Shown: in pieces, positions 1 through 11,639 of the stretch
Position numbering within the stretch: position 1 is the stretch's first letter
How the letters are laid out: each line of letters begins with the position of its first letter
Source of the DNA: Octopus sinensis
Taxonomy: Eukaryota
DNA: 64,000 nucleotides
Assembly: GCF_006345805.1 (NCBI RefSeq)
Contig: NC_042997.1
Coordinates: 123,380,001 to 123,444,000 of the forward strand
Direction of reading: 5' to 3'
The notes under the pieces: model-generated
Told to the model about the DNA's origin: nothing
Seen by the model: only the letters and a program-made list of their open reading frames with translations
The model's database searches: none
Made by a program: the position numbers and the translations under genes

Positions 1-7
1 GTTGCAG

Positions 8-10
<3 letters not shown>

Positions 11-69
<59 letters not shown>

Positions 70-184
70 GTATATTTATATATAAATATATATGTATATA
101 TATATATATTTATATATAAATATATATGTATATATATATTTATATATATACATATATATATATAAATATATAAATATATAATAT

Positions 185-215
<31 letters not shown>

Positions 216-223
216 AATATATG

Positions 224-291
<68 letters not shown>

Positions 292-357
292 TATATACAT
301 ATATATAGATATATATATATATATATATAATATATATAAATATATAAGTATATATAT
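11..357. repeat. (AT)n microsatellite, degenerate
   Basis: Near-continuous TA dinucleotides; source of the YIYI ORFs in the track. Confidence 0.97.
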
Positions 358-1014
358 GATGGCTGCCCCCTCGTTATCGAGTATGGCTATTGCACGAAGC
401 TTAACTGTTGTTGGTGCTGAGATCGAATGTGACTTTTATTTGCTTTTTAAGGTTACAGACAGCTATTCAGTTGAGACTCACGGCACTATCAACAATCATG
501 AACAATGTTGCTATCGTGCAATGCCTGTACAAGAAGATTTTTTTTAAAGTGAGGAAAGGCTGTGCACTGAGTCAATCCCACTCGCTAAGCAACAGCAGCA
601 ATAACCCGAAAAGAAGAATAAGTCAACATCATCGGAAACCACTGAGCCGCAGGTTTTATGTCGGAGTTATCCCAGTTACCTGAGTTACCTTCTTCTAGAA
701 GGATGCCCTAACAAAAGATAGGAGTCCTTCACTCCCAACGGTTTAACCGCGCGATCGGGTATTCAGTCCGATTATTTCTATGTCCCCGCGAATAATACAG
801 CCTTAAGCCTTAAAAAAAATACACATTTATTAGATGGCCGTTGACTCTCAAGAGTTCCTCCGCCCTTTGACGGGTTTTGTTTTTCATCCCACAGGGTCAC
901 TTTCCTGTGCTACTGGTAATATGTAACCCAGTACAACCTGTTGCATGGTCGGGCCGTCGGCATCTAAACCGGCAACCCCATCAAGCTTGCTTGGTGAGGA
1001 GGGTGTTTATTGGA
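358..1014 (-). mobile_element. Non-autonomous RTE-type LINE derivative, 5' part apparently inverted
   Basis: The minus-strand end (..CTCGATAACGAGGGGGCAGCC) abutting (AT)n and the GC-richer 5'UTR-like blocks resemble an octopus RTE family as I recall it. No ORF remains. Family assignment is from memory only. Confidence 0.4.
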
Positions 1015-1258
1015 AATATATACATATGTATGTATGTATATGTATATATATATATGTATGCATGTATATATGTATGTATGTGTGAGCGTGTGCAGACAAC
1101 TTGAATGCCCAACATTCCACACACTCCAAGGCTTATAGTGTCACCAAGAGAAAATGTGCGCCTTTTTGGGGGCCCTCCTTTTGTCAACATTATTGCACGC
1201 CGCCCACACATCCGGAAATGAGACCCTACTCAGTAGATCAATAGGTTTCACACAATTC

Positions 1259-1316
<58 letters not shown>

Positions 1317-1829
1317 AGTTGGAATTTACAAAAGAACAAATAACGATGACAGGTGTGCAAACAACAAGCAGGTGTGTGTTTGCGTGTGTTGTTTCTGACC
1401 GGTACTTAATCGAGTTATGACAGTCAAGGTGACTGAACACTGAACATAGAATATATAGGGTCGGAACAAACAGCGCAAAATATTTTTTCAATTCACTAAA
1501 TTTTCTACTGTCTCGCTACCTTCAGATTATCATTTAAATAAAGCAAATATATGAATTAGAGCAGGTAGTCAACAATTTTGAAGGGAAGGAGTTAATAAAC
1601 TCTATCCACAGAAGTAGACAGGCAATTTATTTATAGACCTCAGAACCATTGAAGTTCAAATACCGGCAGTATTTGAACTGAGAATGTAAATCTTCAGTAC
1701 AAATACACGGTTTTCCCCGACCATTTTTGATTTTGATTCTTCGCTTACTAAATAAATTCTGATTTAGGCTTATGATTAGAAGTTTTGAGAGTAAGTGTTT
1801 AAATGTTTCTGTCAACCCTGATACTTGAC

Positions 1830-2260
1830 AAGCTCTTTATTTCATCGACTCCTCAGGGATGTACGTCAAGTTGACCTCTTTGTGATTTGAGCTCCGAACA
1901 CAAAGAATTGGAACAACTGCTGCATAACATTTTTAACAACGCTCCAAAGATTTTTCTAAGTTACACACATTAATATAGCAATCAAAAACGAGTTATGATT
2001 TAAGCAATATTAAGGAAGGGAAATATCCAAAACCATCGATCAAGAATTTGACTGGTACATCGTTTCATTGTCTATGACATGATGAAAAGCAAAGCTGACC
2101 TCAGTGATATTTGAACTCAGAAAGTTACGATCTAAAAGAAATGCCGCAAGCCGTCTTTCCGAGACTTTAGCAATTTTGCCGATAATTATGAGGAACACAA
2201 AAATCATTAGGAAACCATATAAAACTAAAAGATTGTACAGCATGGGCACAACAGAATATG
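1830..2260 (-). pseudogene. Possible Tc1-like transposase relic
   Basis: Minus strand GAAAAATCTTTGGAGCGTTGTTAAA reads (frameshifted) ENLWSVVK, like the Tc1 NPIENLW motif. The rest is highly decayed and contains a SINE fragment near 2080-2130. Confidence 0.25.
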
Positions 2261-3559
2261 AATAATTATAAAATGATATTAATGCTGTTTATCATAAAGC
2301 AAGTTTTTTTACAGAATAAATTTTGTGTACATAATGTCCAATATAAAAACGCATTATATATAATCATTTTTTTTTTAATTTTCATAACAGCGATAGGACT
2401 AAGTTACTTCTTGCTACTTAAAGCATTTGATATATTATTTTTCATTTCAATAACATTCTAAGAAAGTATGGTATGTAATTAAAGGACAATATATAAAAGA
2501 GAATATATTGACGTAGTTGCTTGAATAAATGTATTGTATGTTAACAATAAAATGTATTCAAAGAAAATATTTTCCGAAAATAGCTGTAAATAGTTTGTAT
2601 ATATTTCAGTGAGCAAATGTATAACTTCTTAAAACTGGAATATTTAATGTGTACGAGAAATTAATGTGTATGGGAATATGCATTCTTGTAGTTTAGATGT
2701 AGTAAATAAACAAGCAGCATATAATATATATTCAGTAAATCTTAACGAAGTGATAGTTTGATGGGAATGTTTAAGCTGGTAATTTCGTAATTATATATAA
2801 TGGACATGGCATAAAAACTTAATCTAAATTTCAACAATAATATAAATGTAACAAAAGATAAACACTATATACGATATAGTTTTATCACATGCTATTGCAT
2901 AACTATTCCTGAATTTAAAATATCTCATTAAGTTGAAAAACGACACACTTGTAAGAATATGCTGCTGTGGAGAAATTGAAGTTTATTTCGAAATAATTCA
3001 GGTAAAAATATAAAGGCTGTATGATAAAACGTCTACAAGAGATGAATTAATATAGTAAGCAATAACTTGAGCCTATGCTAATAAATCGCTACAAGTCTCA
3101 AGTATAAGTTTGATATACTTTAACCGACTAATAATTTTGCACTTGGATTAGCGAGTAATTTCATATGACACACTATTGGATATCCGGCAGTCAAATTTCA
3201 AATAATTTTTCTATGCATTGCTAATTACCGCTATGTATAATGGATCTCATTTTTATTTTAAAATATATTAAACACATATCAAATTCTAAAACAAAAGTAT
3301 TTATATTCAAAACGCAGGGAAACTAGCACCAGTAAAGTTATGCAGTATCCCTACTGCTCTATCTTTTGTTGAATGTCAGGAGTAGCTAGTATTTTTAAGT
3401 GTATTTTTTAAGCAATCTACAAATTGACACCTTACTCATTAATATTACTAAGAACTCAAGGCGGAAATTCCTGTTATACCTCTGGGACAAAAATTGATGT
3501 TAAGGATTTTAGCCAAACACAAATAATATATTCATAAAGACGTTTCTCCTCTCAATAAT

Positions 3560-4260
3560 TTATTTCGCAAAAGCATAGAATGAAAAAATATCAAACGTCG
3601 AAGCAGTAAGTATCCTTTCTCATCTGAACTAGAATAATAACAACAACATTCTTTGCACATATAAGATGATACGATGCAAGCACAAACTCGACTCGCTGAA
3701 AATCTTCATTCTTCTTGCTTAATCCTCACTCACTGTACTGGGAAGCAAAAGGTAATTTTGTTTACTATTTCATCACTCCTTCAAAATGCATTGATTTCTA
3801 TGTTGCAATACCAATACTCACTCTCCGAAACATCTTCAGTGCACAACAGCTAAAACGTACGAAGAGTCCAGTCACGAAACAACTATCAGATGAAGATATG
3901 GAAATGTATATGTTAATTATACGCATCTCTGACAAACACTATGAATTTCAAGCAGTTCGTGTTGTACAGTTTGAGTATAGTTTAATAGAAGTTATTTGAT
4001 ATCAAGGATTGCCCATCTGACAACATCTGAAAAAGACTCCGTAATCATCCTTCAAATAAGTGAAACTTACTTTTCTAGAAACAGTTGAGGAAAATGCAGA
4101 GAATTACCAGTAATATTCCTTCCCCTTCAATGATATATCTAAAATTGTAGCAAAATTGCGTTCCTTTCCCTTAGTAACAAAAACTTTGCCGTCCTCATAA
4201 ATGTATCAGCCTGTAAGCGATGGAGCAAAGATTGTGTTGAAAACTAAGATGACGCTCTAC
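3560..4260 (+). pseudogene. Decayed mariner transposase
   Basis: Fragments RIIT, LYWEAKGNF (cf. VFWDAKGV), AQQLKR and a KRWxKCVE-like 3' end occur in mariner order; many stops and frameshifts. Confidence 0.5.
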
Positions 4261-4386
4261 TCGACAAGCAAAGTACTAAACTTATGCAGCAAAATCATTT
4301 GATATATCTCACTAACATTCAATAAATATTTTGAAGCTACAATTCTCTAAAAAAAAATGAACACGAAGAATAAATGGACAAGAACT

Positions 4387-4781
4387 GAAGGCGGCGAATT
4401 GGCAGAAACGTTAGCACGCTGGGCGAAAGGCTTAGCGGTATTTCGTCTGCCGCTACGTTCAAATTCCGCCGAGGTCGACTTTGCCTTTCATCCTTTCGAG
4501 GTCGATTAAATAGGTACCAATTACGCACTGGGGTCGATATAATCGACTTAATCCGTTTGTTTGTCCTTGTTTGTCCTCTCTGTGTTTAGCCCCTTGTGGG
4601 AAGTAAAGAAATAGGTATTTCTTCTGTCTTTACGTTTTGAGTTCAAATTCCGCCGAGGTCGACTTTACCTTTCCTCCTTCTGCGGTCGATAAATTAAATA
4701 CCTGATGCCTACTGGGGTCGATTTTATCGACTGGCCCCCTAACCCAATATTTCGGGCCTTGTGCCTAGAGTAGAAAAGAAT
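4387..4781 (+). mobile_element. Composite (dimeric) tRNA-derived SINE
   Basis: Head GGCGGCGAATTGGCAGAAACGTTAGC. The core AAATTCCGCCGAGGTCGACTTT(G/A)CCTTTC occurs twice, with tail GGCCTTGTGCCTAGAGTAGAAAAGAAT. Same layout at 18081-18525. Confidence 0.88.
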
Positions 4782-5139
4782 ACGTTTAGAATTGACACTT
4801 TCTTATATAACTGGTCACTCAAAGTAAGCAGACTGTTTATTTGACTTTCTTTATTTCAAATAAATCATGTGGCTATTTCAACGAAAAGTTAAGTATAAAT
4901 ATTCAGGTTAGTTAGTGACTATCCATATTTCTGGTTCCTTTAAATGACAAGTCAAAGTTAAGTTGAATTTTAGAGGATGTTATTGTTACTCAACTTGTTC
5001 TAATTGTGATGACCCATTTTCGTGTTCGCTCCGAAGTGTATAATAAATTGAAATAAAACACTACTGGAGCAAATTGCGTTTAACTGCCTGAAAAATTGCT
5101 TATTTGAAAAATTAACGAGCATTTACTGAAGATGGTGGT

Positions 5140-5209
5140 GGTGGGAGTAGACGTAGTAGCAGCAGCAGTAGTAGTAGTAGTAGTAGTTGCAGTAGTAGTA
5201 GTAGTAGTA

Positions 5210-5241
<32 letters not shown>

Positions 5242-5250
5242 TGTGGTCGT
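5140..5250. repeat. (GTA/GCA/GTG)n trinucleotide microsatellite
   Basis: Direct reading; gives the poly-T/poly-V ORFs. Confidence 0.95.
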
Positions 5251-5259
5251 CGTGATGGT

Positions 5260-5620
5260 GTTGGTACTAAGGAATAAGGACCTCATCGTTTCAAGTTTAT
5301 CTCCAAGAGAGATATGAATTCGCTTCATCTGGATCTCCTGAGATGAGACGAGGTTTCAAACGATCGCCCGCGCAGGAGGTGAATACCGCAAAAGGAGATG
5401 AAGCGAGGAAAAGAGAAAGAGTAACTCGCCGCTAAAGAGAGCCGGACTTGGCAGAAGGCAAAACCAGTAGCACCGGCAGACTTCCCCTTCACTGTATGCG
5501 TGACTGCTAACCACCGTGTGGGCCTCTACAGCAGCAGTAGACGCTGCACCACTGTGAGTAGCTGACAAAATTGTTACAGGCGCAGATTCCTGGTCTCTCG
5601 AGACCAACGGATACCTACTA
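5260..5620 (-). mobile_element. Possible solo LTR fragment
   Basis: GC-rich non-coding block starting TGTAGTAGG on the minus strand next to a microsatellite; no second LTR or PBS seen. Confidence 0.3.
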
Positions 5621-5674
5621 CAATATATACATATATATGTATACACACACACACACATATATAGTATATATAAT

Positions 5675-5718
<44 letters not shown>

Positions 5719-5763
5719 ATATTATATATATATATATATAATATATAATTATAATATATATTA

Positions 5764-5843
<80 letters not shown>

Positions 5844-5847
<4 letters not shown>

Positions 5848-6128
5848 AGAGAAGACACAATATGGTCTCATTATTCAATCGGAATTGGTAAATGTGGCCT
5901 TTCGAAACACGTGTAGAATGAAATAAAACGATTTCTGTTCAATCTTCGTTCAACTCCATTTCTTCAATTCACTAATAATATTAAAATTCAATTATCCGCA
6001 CCAACGCACGGTTGCAACACCATATGGTGTACCTCCAACCGTGCTGTCTTCTGCTGTGATTTTTGCTACCAAGGTATCGGTTAAACTTTTGATTAATCTG
6101 CAACAAGATTATTCATCTTTCTATTTCA
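5844..6128 (+). mobile_element. PLE 3' end with 5'-truncated hammerhead
   Basis: (G)TGAAGA, then stem II gaagacacaat/aatgtggcctttc, then GAAACACGTGTA with a palindromic stem III; bounded by (AT)n on both sides. Confidence 0.6.
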
Positions 6129-6129
6129 C

Positions 6130-6160
<31 letters not shown>

Positions 6161-6220
6161 ATATAATATATATATATATATATACATTATTCTATATATA
6201 TATAATATATATATATATAT

Positions 6221-6264
<44 letters not shown>

Positions 6265-6458
6265 TAATAAAAGGGTTCAGCAAAGATTTGCTTCACCACA
6301 CACCGAAGTTAAATAGCAGCCAAAAATCTTAGCTATTTCTTCTACTTTAAAAGGGGGCCTCGGAGAACCAAAATTCTTGAAGATAATTCACACAAGCAGA
6401 GAGTAAGCAACGAAAATCAATCATATCTAGTTAACCATGGACGCGCGTTTCTGAATTT

Positions 6459-6460
<2 letters not shown>
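6265..6460 (-). mobile_element. PLE 3' end with hammerhead 3' half
   Basis: Minus strand GAAACGCGCGTC (6440-6451), a typical PLE HHR 3' half; the CUGANGA part is replaced by (AT)n. Confidence 0.55.
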
Positions 6461-6507
<47 letters not shown>

Positions 6508-6569
6508 CATGTTTGTGTATGTACGCGCTTGTGTGTGTGTATATATATAATATATATATATATATATAA

Positions 6570-7444
6570 ATATTGAGGTTTTATATACTAAGCACTGAAC
6601 TCCTAAACCATAAAAATACCTTCATTCTTCATACTACTAACCCCTCCCTCTTCCCCTACACTTAGACTCTATCACTACACATTTATCATTCCTTTACCTT
6701 TGACCCCCATTCCTTCTATCTTTTATACTATAATACCTTTCTTTGTCTTTCACCCTTTATCTCCCCACTCCTACTTTCAAAGTATCTCCACTGACCACTG
6801 ACTCATCTATATCTTCATTTTTCTTTTTTTCTCTCACTTTTATCACTCTTAAGGGTTTTTGATTTATTATTATTCTTTTAATTTTAATACTCTTCTTCTT
6901 ACTTTCTTCTCTTTCTTCTCTCCTTTTTCTTCTCTTTTTTCTTTCTTCATTCCTGTTTACGATTTGACCCTACTAATACACTCCCTATTTTTAGGTCACT
7001 TTGAAGAAAAACCTTTGACTCTACAACACTGTGTATAAATTATGTACTTCTATACTTGGAATGACCGAGTTTAAATACTGCTGGAGCTCATTCATATGGT
7101 ATTGGAATCTTACATTGTGTATAAACTCTATATTTGGAATGACCCATTTTAAATTCTGTTGGATTTTACTCATAAGGTATTGGAATCTTACATATATACC
7201 ATTCTGCCTGAAAAATGGATCTACAACTTCAATATTCCTACATATCTTATATCTATTTTTTTCCTCCACCTCAATTTCTATTTTGTATCCTATATAAACT
7301 AACTATTAGTTAACTATTAGTCTCCCACCGTCTCCGATGAAGGGATATGATTAATAAATATCCTGGAAACAGCCGTAAAACCTTCTATCTATAAATATTC
7401 TAATATCTACACAGCCTTGGTATTTATTTAATTAGGCCAAAAAT

Positions 7445-7450
<6 letters not shown>
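6570..7450 (+). mobile_element. PLE 3' region with hammerhead variant and ~78-bp internal duplication (7030-7195)
   Basis: CCGATGA (7334-7340), GGGAT..ATCC stem II, GAAA (7366-7369), CAGCC-GTA; pyrimidine-rich UTR; flanked by (AT)n. Confidence 0.55.
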
Positions 7451-7519
<69 letters not shown>

Positions 7520-7529
7520 AAATAGATAT

Positions 7530-7680
7530 AAATCAATTTATATTTAATATCTAATATTTAGAAAAGTGGATATAATCTCTGACAGGACAACTGTTTCGAT
7601 TCAGACTTTAAAAATTAATTAAAATAATTAAATCATTATAAAGTTGAATCTCATCGGAGGTATGAGAAACGATATACCAT
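7530..7680 (-). mobile_element. PLE 3' end with hammerhead variant
   Basis: Minus strand: CCGATGA (7651-7657), long stem II gattca-acttt/aaagt-c-tgaatc, GAAA, cag-ttgtc-ctg, TC; stem I is weak. Confidence 0.6.
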
Positions 7681-7929
7681 TACGTTTTTAAGATTTTATA
7701 TGTTGTGTGCGGCCCATTTCGGCCAACATACCACTTAACACTTATATACATAAACTCTCTCTCACACACACACACATACACACACACACGTATATATGTA
7801 TATGTGTGTGTATTTCGGTTGTGGGGAGAAATGCTTTTCTTGCTCCTGGAACAACCAAGATGGATTCCGTAAATCGACGAAATATCTACTAAAGCTGACA
7901 AAAGCAAAAAAATCTTATTTTCATAACGG

Positions 7930-9235
7930 CCTCCTCTAAAGTATTGGTAAACAATTTAATTTATTACACTTCAAGGACATGCAAATTTTACCTACAAGGC
8001 AAATGTTTGTATGGGGGGATAAGGTATAAACTGCCAGTTTCTTTACCCGAGACCCTGCCAAAACTACAGGGGTCTTAAGGAGAAATACATCCCTGAGGAA
8101 AGGCACCAATCGTCTGTAAAGTCAAAGTATACAAATGCAGTTCACTCTTCACTAGCTGCGTTTTTGTGTATGGTGCAAAGTTTGGGCAGTAGCTGATCTT
8201 GGTATAAAAGACGCAAACATAGAACCTTGCCCATTATTGCGCAAGACCACCAAAATCAACAGACACGAGATAGCCTCCACTAACGCCTGCACAGTTGTCA
8301 TGCCAATAATTTTATTAAATATCGGATGCCCGTTGCATCACAACAAAATCAATTATGTTTTTTTTCTCTGAGAGAACTGACTGCACGCAATCATGTCCCA
8401 TGCATAGCACTCGTGAAAACACATCTGAGCTCTGATATAAAGGATGTAGAAGTACACGTACCAAAATATATCATACTGTGAATAGCCAGAAGGGACGGGA
8501 CCCATGGTGAAGTTGCTGTATACACCCGTGAAAATCTCACACCACATATTATATTACTCAAATTCAGTATGTAATACACTAATTGTATGCATACGACAAC
8601 ACAATATAGTCATATGCAATACATATCACCCACCGGAAGCTTCAAAACACAGAGGCAAGTTTAAAGATTGCCTCACAAGAATTTTTAAAATCTCCAACAA
8701 ACTGGAACATCATGTGAGTGTATTTCTTGTGGATAATTTCAACTTATCCAATGTGAAATGGACTGACGTTCTCAAGGTACCGAATGACCAGTTCAAAAAT
8801 CTCTTTACCATCCCGTTGCAACACAGGCAAGTGAACGAACCAGTGGAATTCTTCGCCAACTCAACCATAAGGAGCGAGGCAATTACGATGAAGTGGTCGC
8901 AAACTCAACTGCTGGCCTCCTCAAATCGCGTAAGCGTGCCCTGGCGAAACCACTACAGATCCTCTGCCAGAGTTTTCTTGCAAATGGCAAACTGCCAAGC
9001 AAACTGAAGGAGAGAACGTTACGCCCAATCCATAAAGGAGGAAACAGAGCAAATGCTTAAAATTATAGGCCTATCTCTCTGACTTCACGCATCAGCAAAA
9101 TCCTGGAACGTATAGTCAGAGGAAAATTAATCACTTTCATTCAAGACAACTACTTGTTGAGTGATACCCAGCATGACTTCCGACCAGATAAGAGTTGCCT
9201 GACCCAGCTCTGACAGCATTGTGACTGAGTGTCGA
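7930..9235 (+). mobile_element. CR1/L2-like LINE, internally deleted (ORF1 CCCH finger, AP-endonuclease C-terminus, RT N-terminus)
   Basis: SRTCKFYLQGKCLYG..NCQFLYPRPC (CCCH-like); NTYHPP and VDNFNLSNVKW (APE); NVTPIHKGG, NYRPISLTS, SKILERIV, QHDFRPDKSCLTQL (RT). Stops and frameshifts throughout. Confidence 0.85.
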
Positions 9236-9560
9236 TGGCGCTTGGTCGAATACGTATATTAATTATCAGTACTCTCAAATTTAAAATACTATACTTATGA
9301 CGGGAATAAGTGAGTAGAAATATGATTTTACATCTTTTTACATTTCTTTAACCCAGATGCGTATATAGTTAATCAAAGCCGGGTGGATTCGTTATTTTTA
9401 TCTCTTTACCTGCGTGAGTTGAGAGTATTACTGTCAGGGAGATATCTTATGGTAGTGGAATAGTATTTAACTGCTATTTCTAAATTTCGGTATGTGATGA
9501 TGCAATTTTTGCTGAAACCTAATTATAATTATACTTATAATTATCGAATTTTCTATATAG

Positions 9561-9649
<89 letters not shown>

Positions 9650-9664
9650 GATAGATAGATAGAT

Positions 9665-9832
9665 TCTCCCAAAGAATCTGAGGAACTAGCACAAAGTAGA
9701 TGTAGGGGTTTTAAATCAAAGCTGAACCTCTTCCTGTCGAGAGTCCCAGATGAACCTACCTCACGACAAGAGGTGCAAATGAGGGTAGCTATATCAAACT
9801 CCATTCTTCACCAAGTGCCACACATTGGAGGA
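9665..9832 (+). mobile_element. 3' end of the CR1/L2-like LINE ORF2
   Basis: VGVFKSKLNLFLSRVPDEPTSRQEVQMRVAISNSILHQV, typical of the FK..LD.FL..VPD.P...NS C-terminus. Confidence 0.75.
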
Positions 9833-9896
9833 GGCTCTAAGCATGTCCGTAGCTCTGAGCTGAAAATACAAATATATATATATATATATATATATT

Positions 9897-10049
9897 TCAA
9901 GTCCCAATTATATTATTAGCTTCGAAAATACTTAAATGTGCCGGCGGTGATATGTACCCATCATACCTTAGGTCTAATCTATTATTAATTAGGTTGTTCT
10001 TGTCTCTGTACTTAAACATCTCATAAATTTCCATAGAACAATGCTCACA

Positions 10050-10056
<7 letters not shown>
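9897..10056 (-). repeat. 160-bp direct copy of the PLE endonuclease C-terminus at 12447-12607
   Basis: Identical except one substitution and one extra C; flanked by (AT)n. Confidence 0.93.
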
Positions 10057-10093
<37 letters not shown>

Positions 10094-10110
10094 TATATAT
10101 ATATATATAT

Positions 10111-10898
10111 ATAGTGTAATAAATAAAATATATGCATACATACAAACATATATGTACGTACCTATATCTACATGTATATATACATGCATATATAATATAT
10201 ATACGTGTGTACAGGACACCACAACTAGACGTAGAACTCAACGAGAAACGAAAACGGAAAAACCATTTTTTTACAACAGAAAAACAGAGTACAGGACATA
10301 CTACACAAGGAAAAATCCCCTATCATCAGCTGTCACTAGTTCGACTCTAGGGTGTTTCGAAGGCAAGACAGGACACGACTCGCCAAAGTAGTCCTTCCTG
10401 CGACAGAATTAAAATAAAATTACCTCGCAGAGGGGTAAACACAAGCAAGAAAAAATGTAACACGAACAGGACGTAAAAACGATACAAATAAAACTACAAA
10501 AAAAAGCTACAAGATAAAAATACGTGTACAAGAAAATACAATACGAGAAATAAAAATAAACAAGAAAACAAACAAGAAAACAAACGAAAAGGCATTTTTT
10601 CTGGCTTAGACGAGGAGATTCTAGCAGCGCATGGGGACATAGATGTGTGTCTTTACAGTTTCAAAGCCGCGTGTAAAGGGAAGTAGTTTTGGCTAGCAGT
10701 GACAAAGATGGGGAGGAGGGAGAGAGAGAGAGAGATAGAGGAAGACAAGCGGCTGAGAGAGAGATGAGGAAGATTGAGAGAGAGAGAGAGAGAGGGAGAG
10801 GGGGGAGGTAAAACAAAGAGAAGGTATATATATACATGTAGATGTAGGTACGTACATATATGTTTGTATGTACGCATATATTTTATTTATTACACTAT
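10111..10898 (-). mobile_element. PLE-like segment bounded by 72-bp inverted repeats
   Basis: 10111-10182 is the reverse complement of 10827-10898 (2 mismatches). The interior has minus-strand GAAAC (10354-10358) and CTGATGA (10323-10329). Confidence 0.65.
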
Positions 10899-11011
10899 TG
10901 TTTGACAGCGCCTTCGCATCGGGTTCGATTCGATTCGTTCGCTTCGTTCCGTTCTTTATTCTCCCAGTACTGTTTTATATATATATATTATATATATATA
11001 TATATATACAT

Positions 11012-11420
11012 AGGCGCAGGAGTGGCTGTTTGGTAAGTAGCTTGCTAACCAACCACATGGTTCCGGGTTCAGTCCCACTGCGTGGCATCTTGGGCAAGTG
11101 TCTTCTGCTATAGCCCCGGGCCGACCAATGCCTTGTGAGTGGATTTGGTAGACGGAAACTGAAAGAAGCCTGTCGTGTATATATATATATATATAAGTGT
11201 GTGTGAATATGTTTGTGTGTCTGTGTTTGTTCCCCTAGCATTGCTTGACAACCGATGCTGGTGTGTTTACGTCCCCGTCACTTAGCAGTTCCGCAAAAGA
11301 GACCGATAGAATAAGTACTGGGCTTACAAAGAATAAGTCCGGGGTCGAGTTGCTCGACTAAAGGCGGTGCTCCAGCATGGCCGCAGTCAAATGACTGAAA
11401 CAAGTAAAAAGAGTAAAAGA
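11012..11420 (+). mobile_element. tRNA-derived SINE (second family), full length
   Basis: A-box-like TGGCTGTTTGGTAAG, B-box-like GGGTTCAGTCCC, internal (TA)/(TG) tract, 3' AAATGACTGAAACAAGTAAAA tail; 3' half repeated at 13578-13790. Confidence 0.88.
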
Positions 11421-11495
11421 AGAGTAAAAAAAAAAGTATATATATATATATTATATACATATATATATATAATATATATATATACATATATATAC

Positions 11496-11563
<68 letters not shown>

Positions 11564-11639
11564 TATGTATGTATGTATGTATGTATGTATGCATGTATGT
11601 ATGTATGTATGTATGTATATACACCTTTATATAAAGAAT

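Noticed and set aside
76-547. YIYI-, CVCV-, poly-T/L/V/N-type ORFs here and throughout the track
   Set aside because: They are translations of microsatellites, with no coding signal.
836-880. HDV-like ribozyme (GGCCGTT...TTCCTCC...GACGGGT)
   Set aside because: P1 has a mismatch, P2/P4 could not be built, and it lies antisense to the inferred element.
9490-9535. Hammerhead-like GTGATGA-tgcaa..ttgc-tGAAAC
   Set aside because: C3 is missing and no stem III or cleavage triplet could be assigned.
10323-10365. Type II hammerhead (GAAA before CUGAUGA on the minus strand)
   Set aside because: Stems I, II and III do not pair in that permutation; more likely two decayed type I motifs in tandem.
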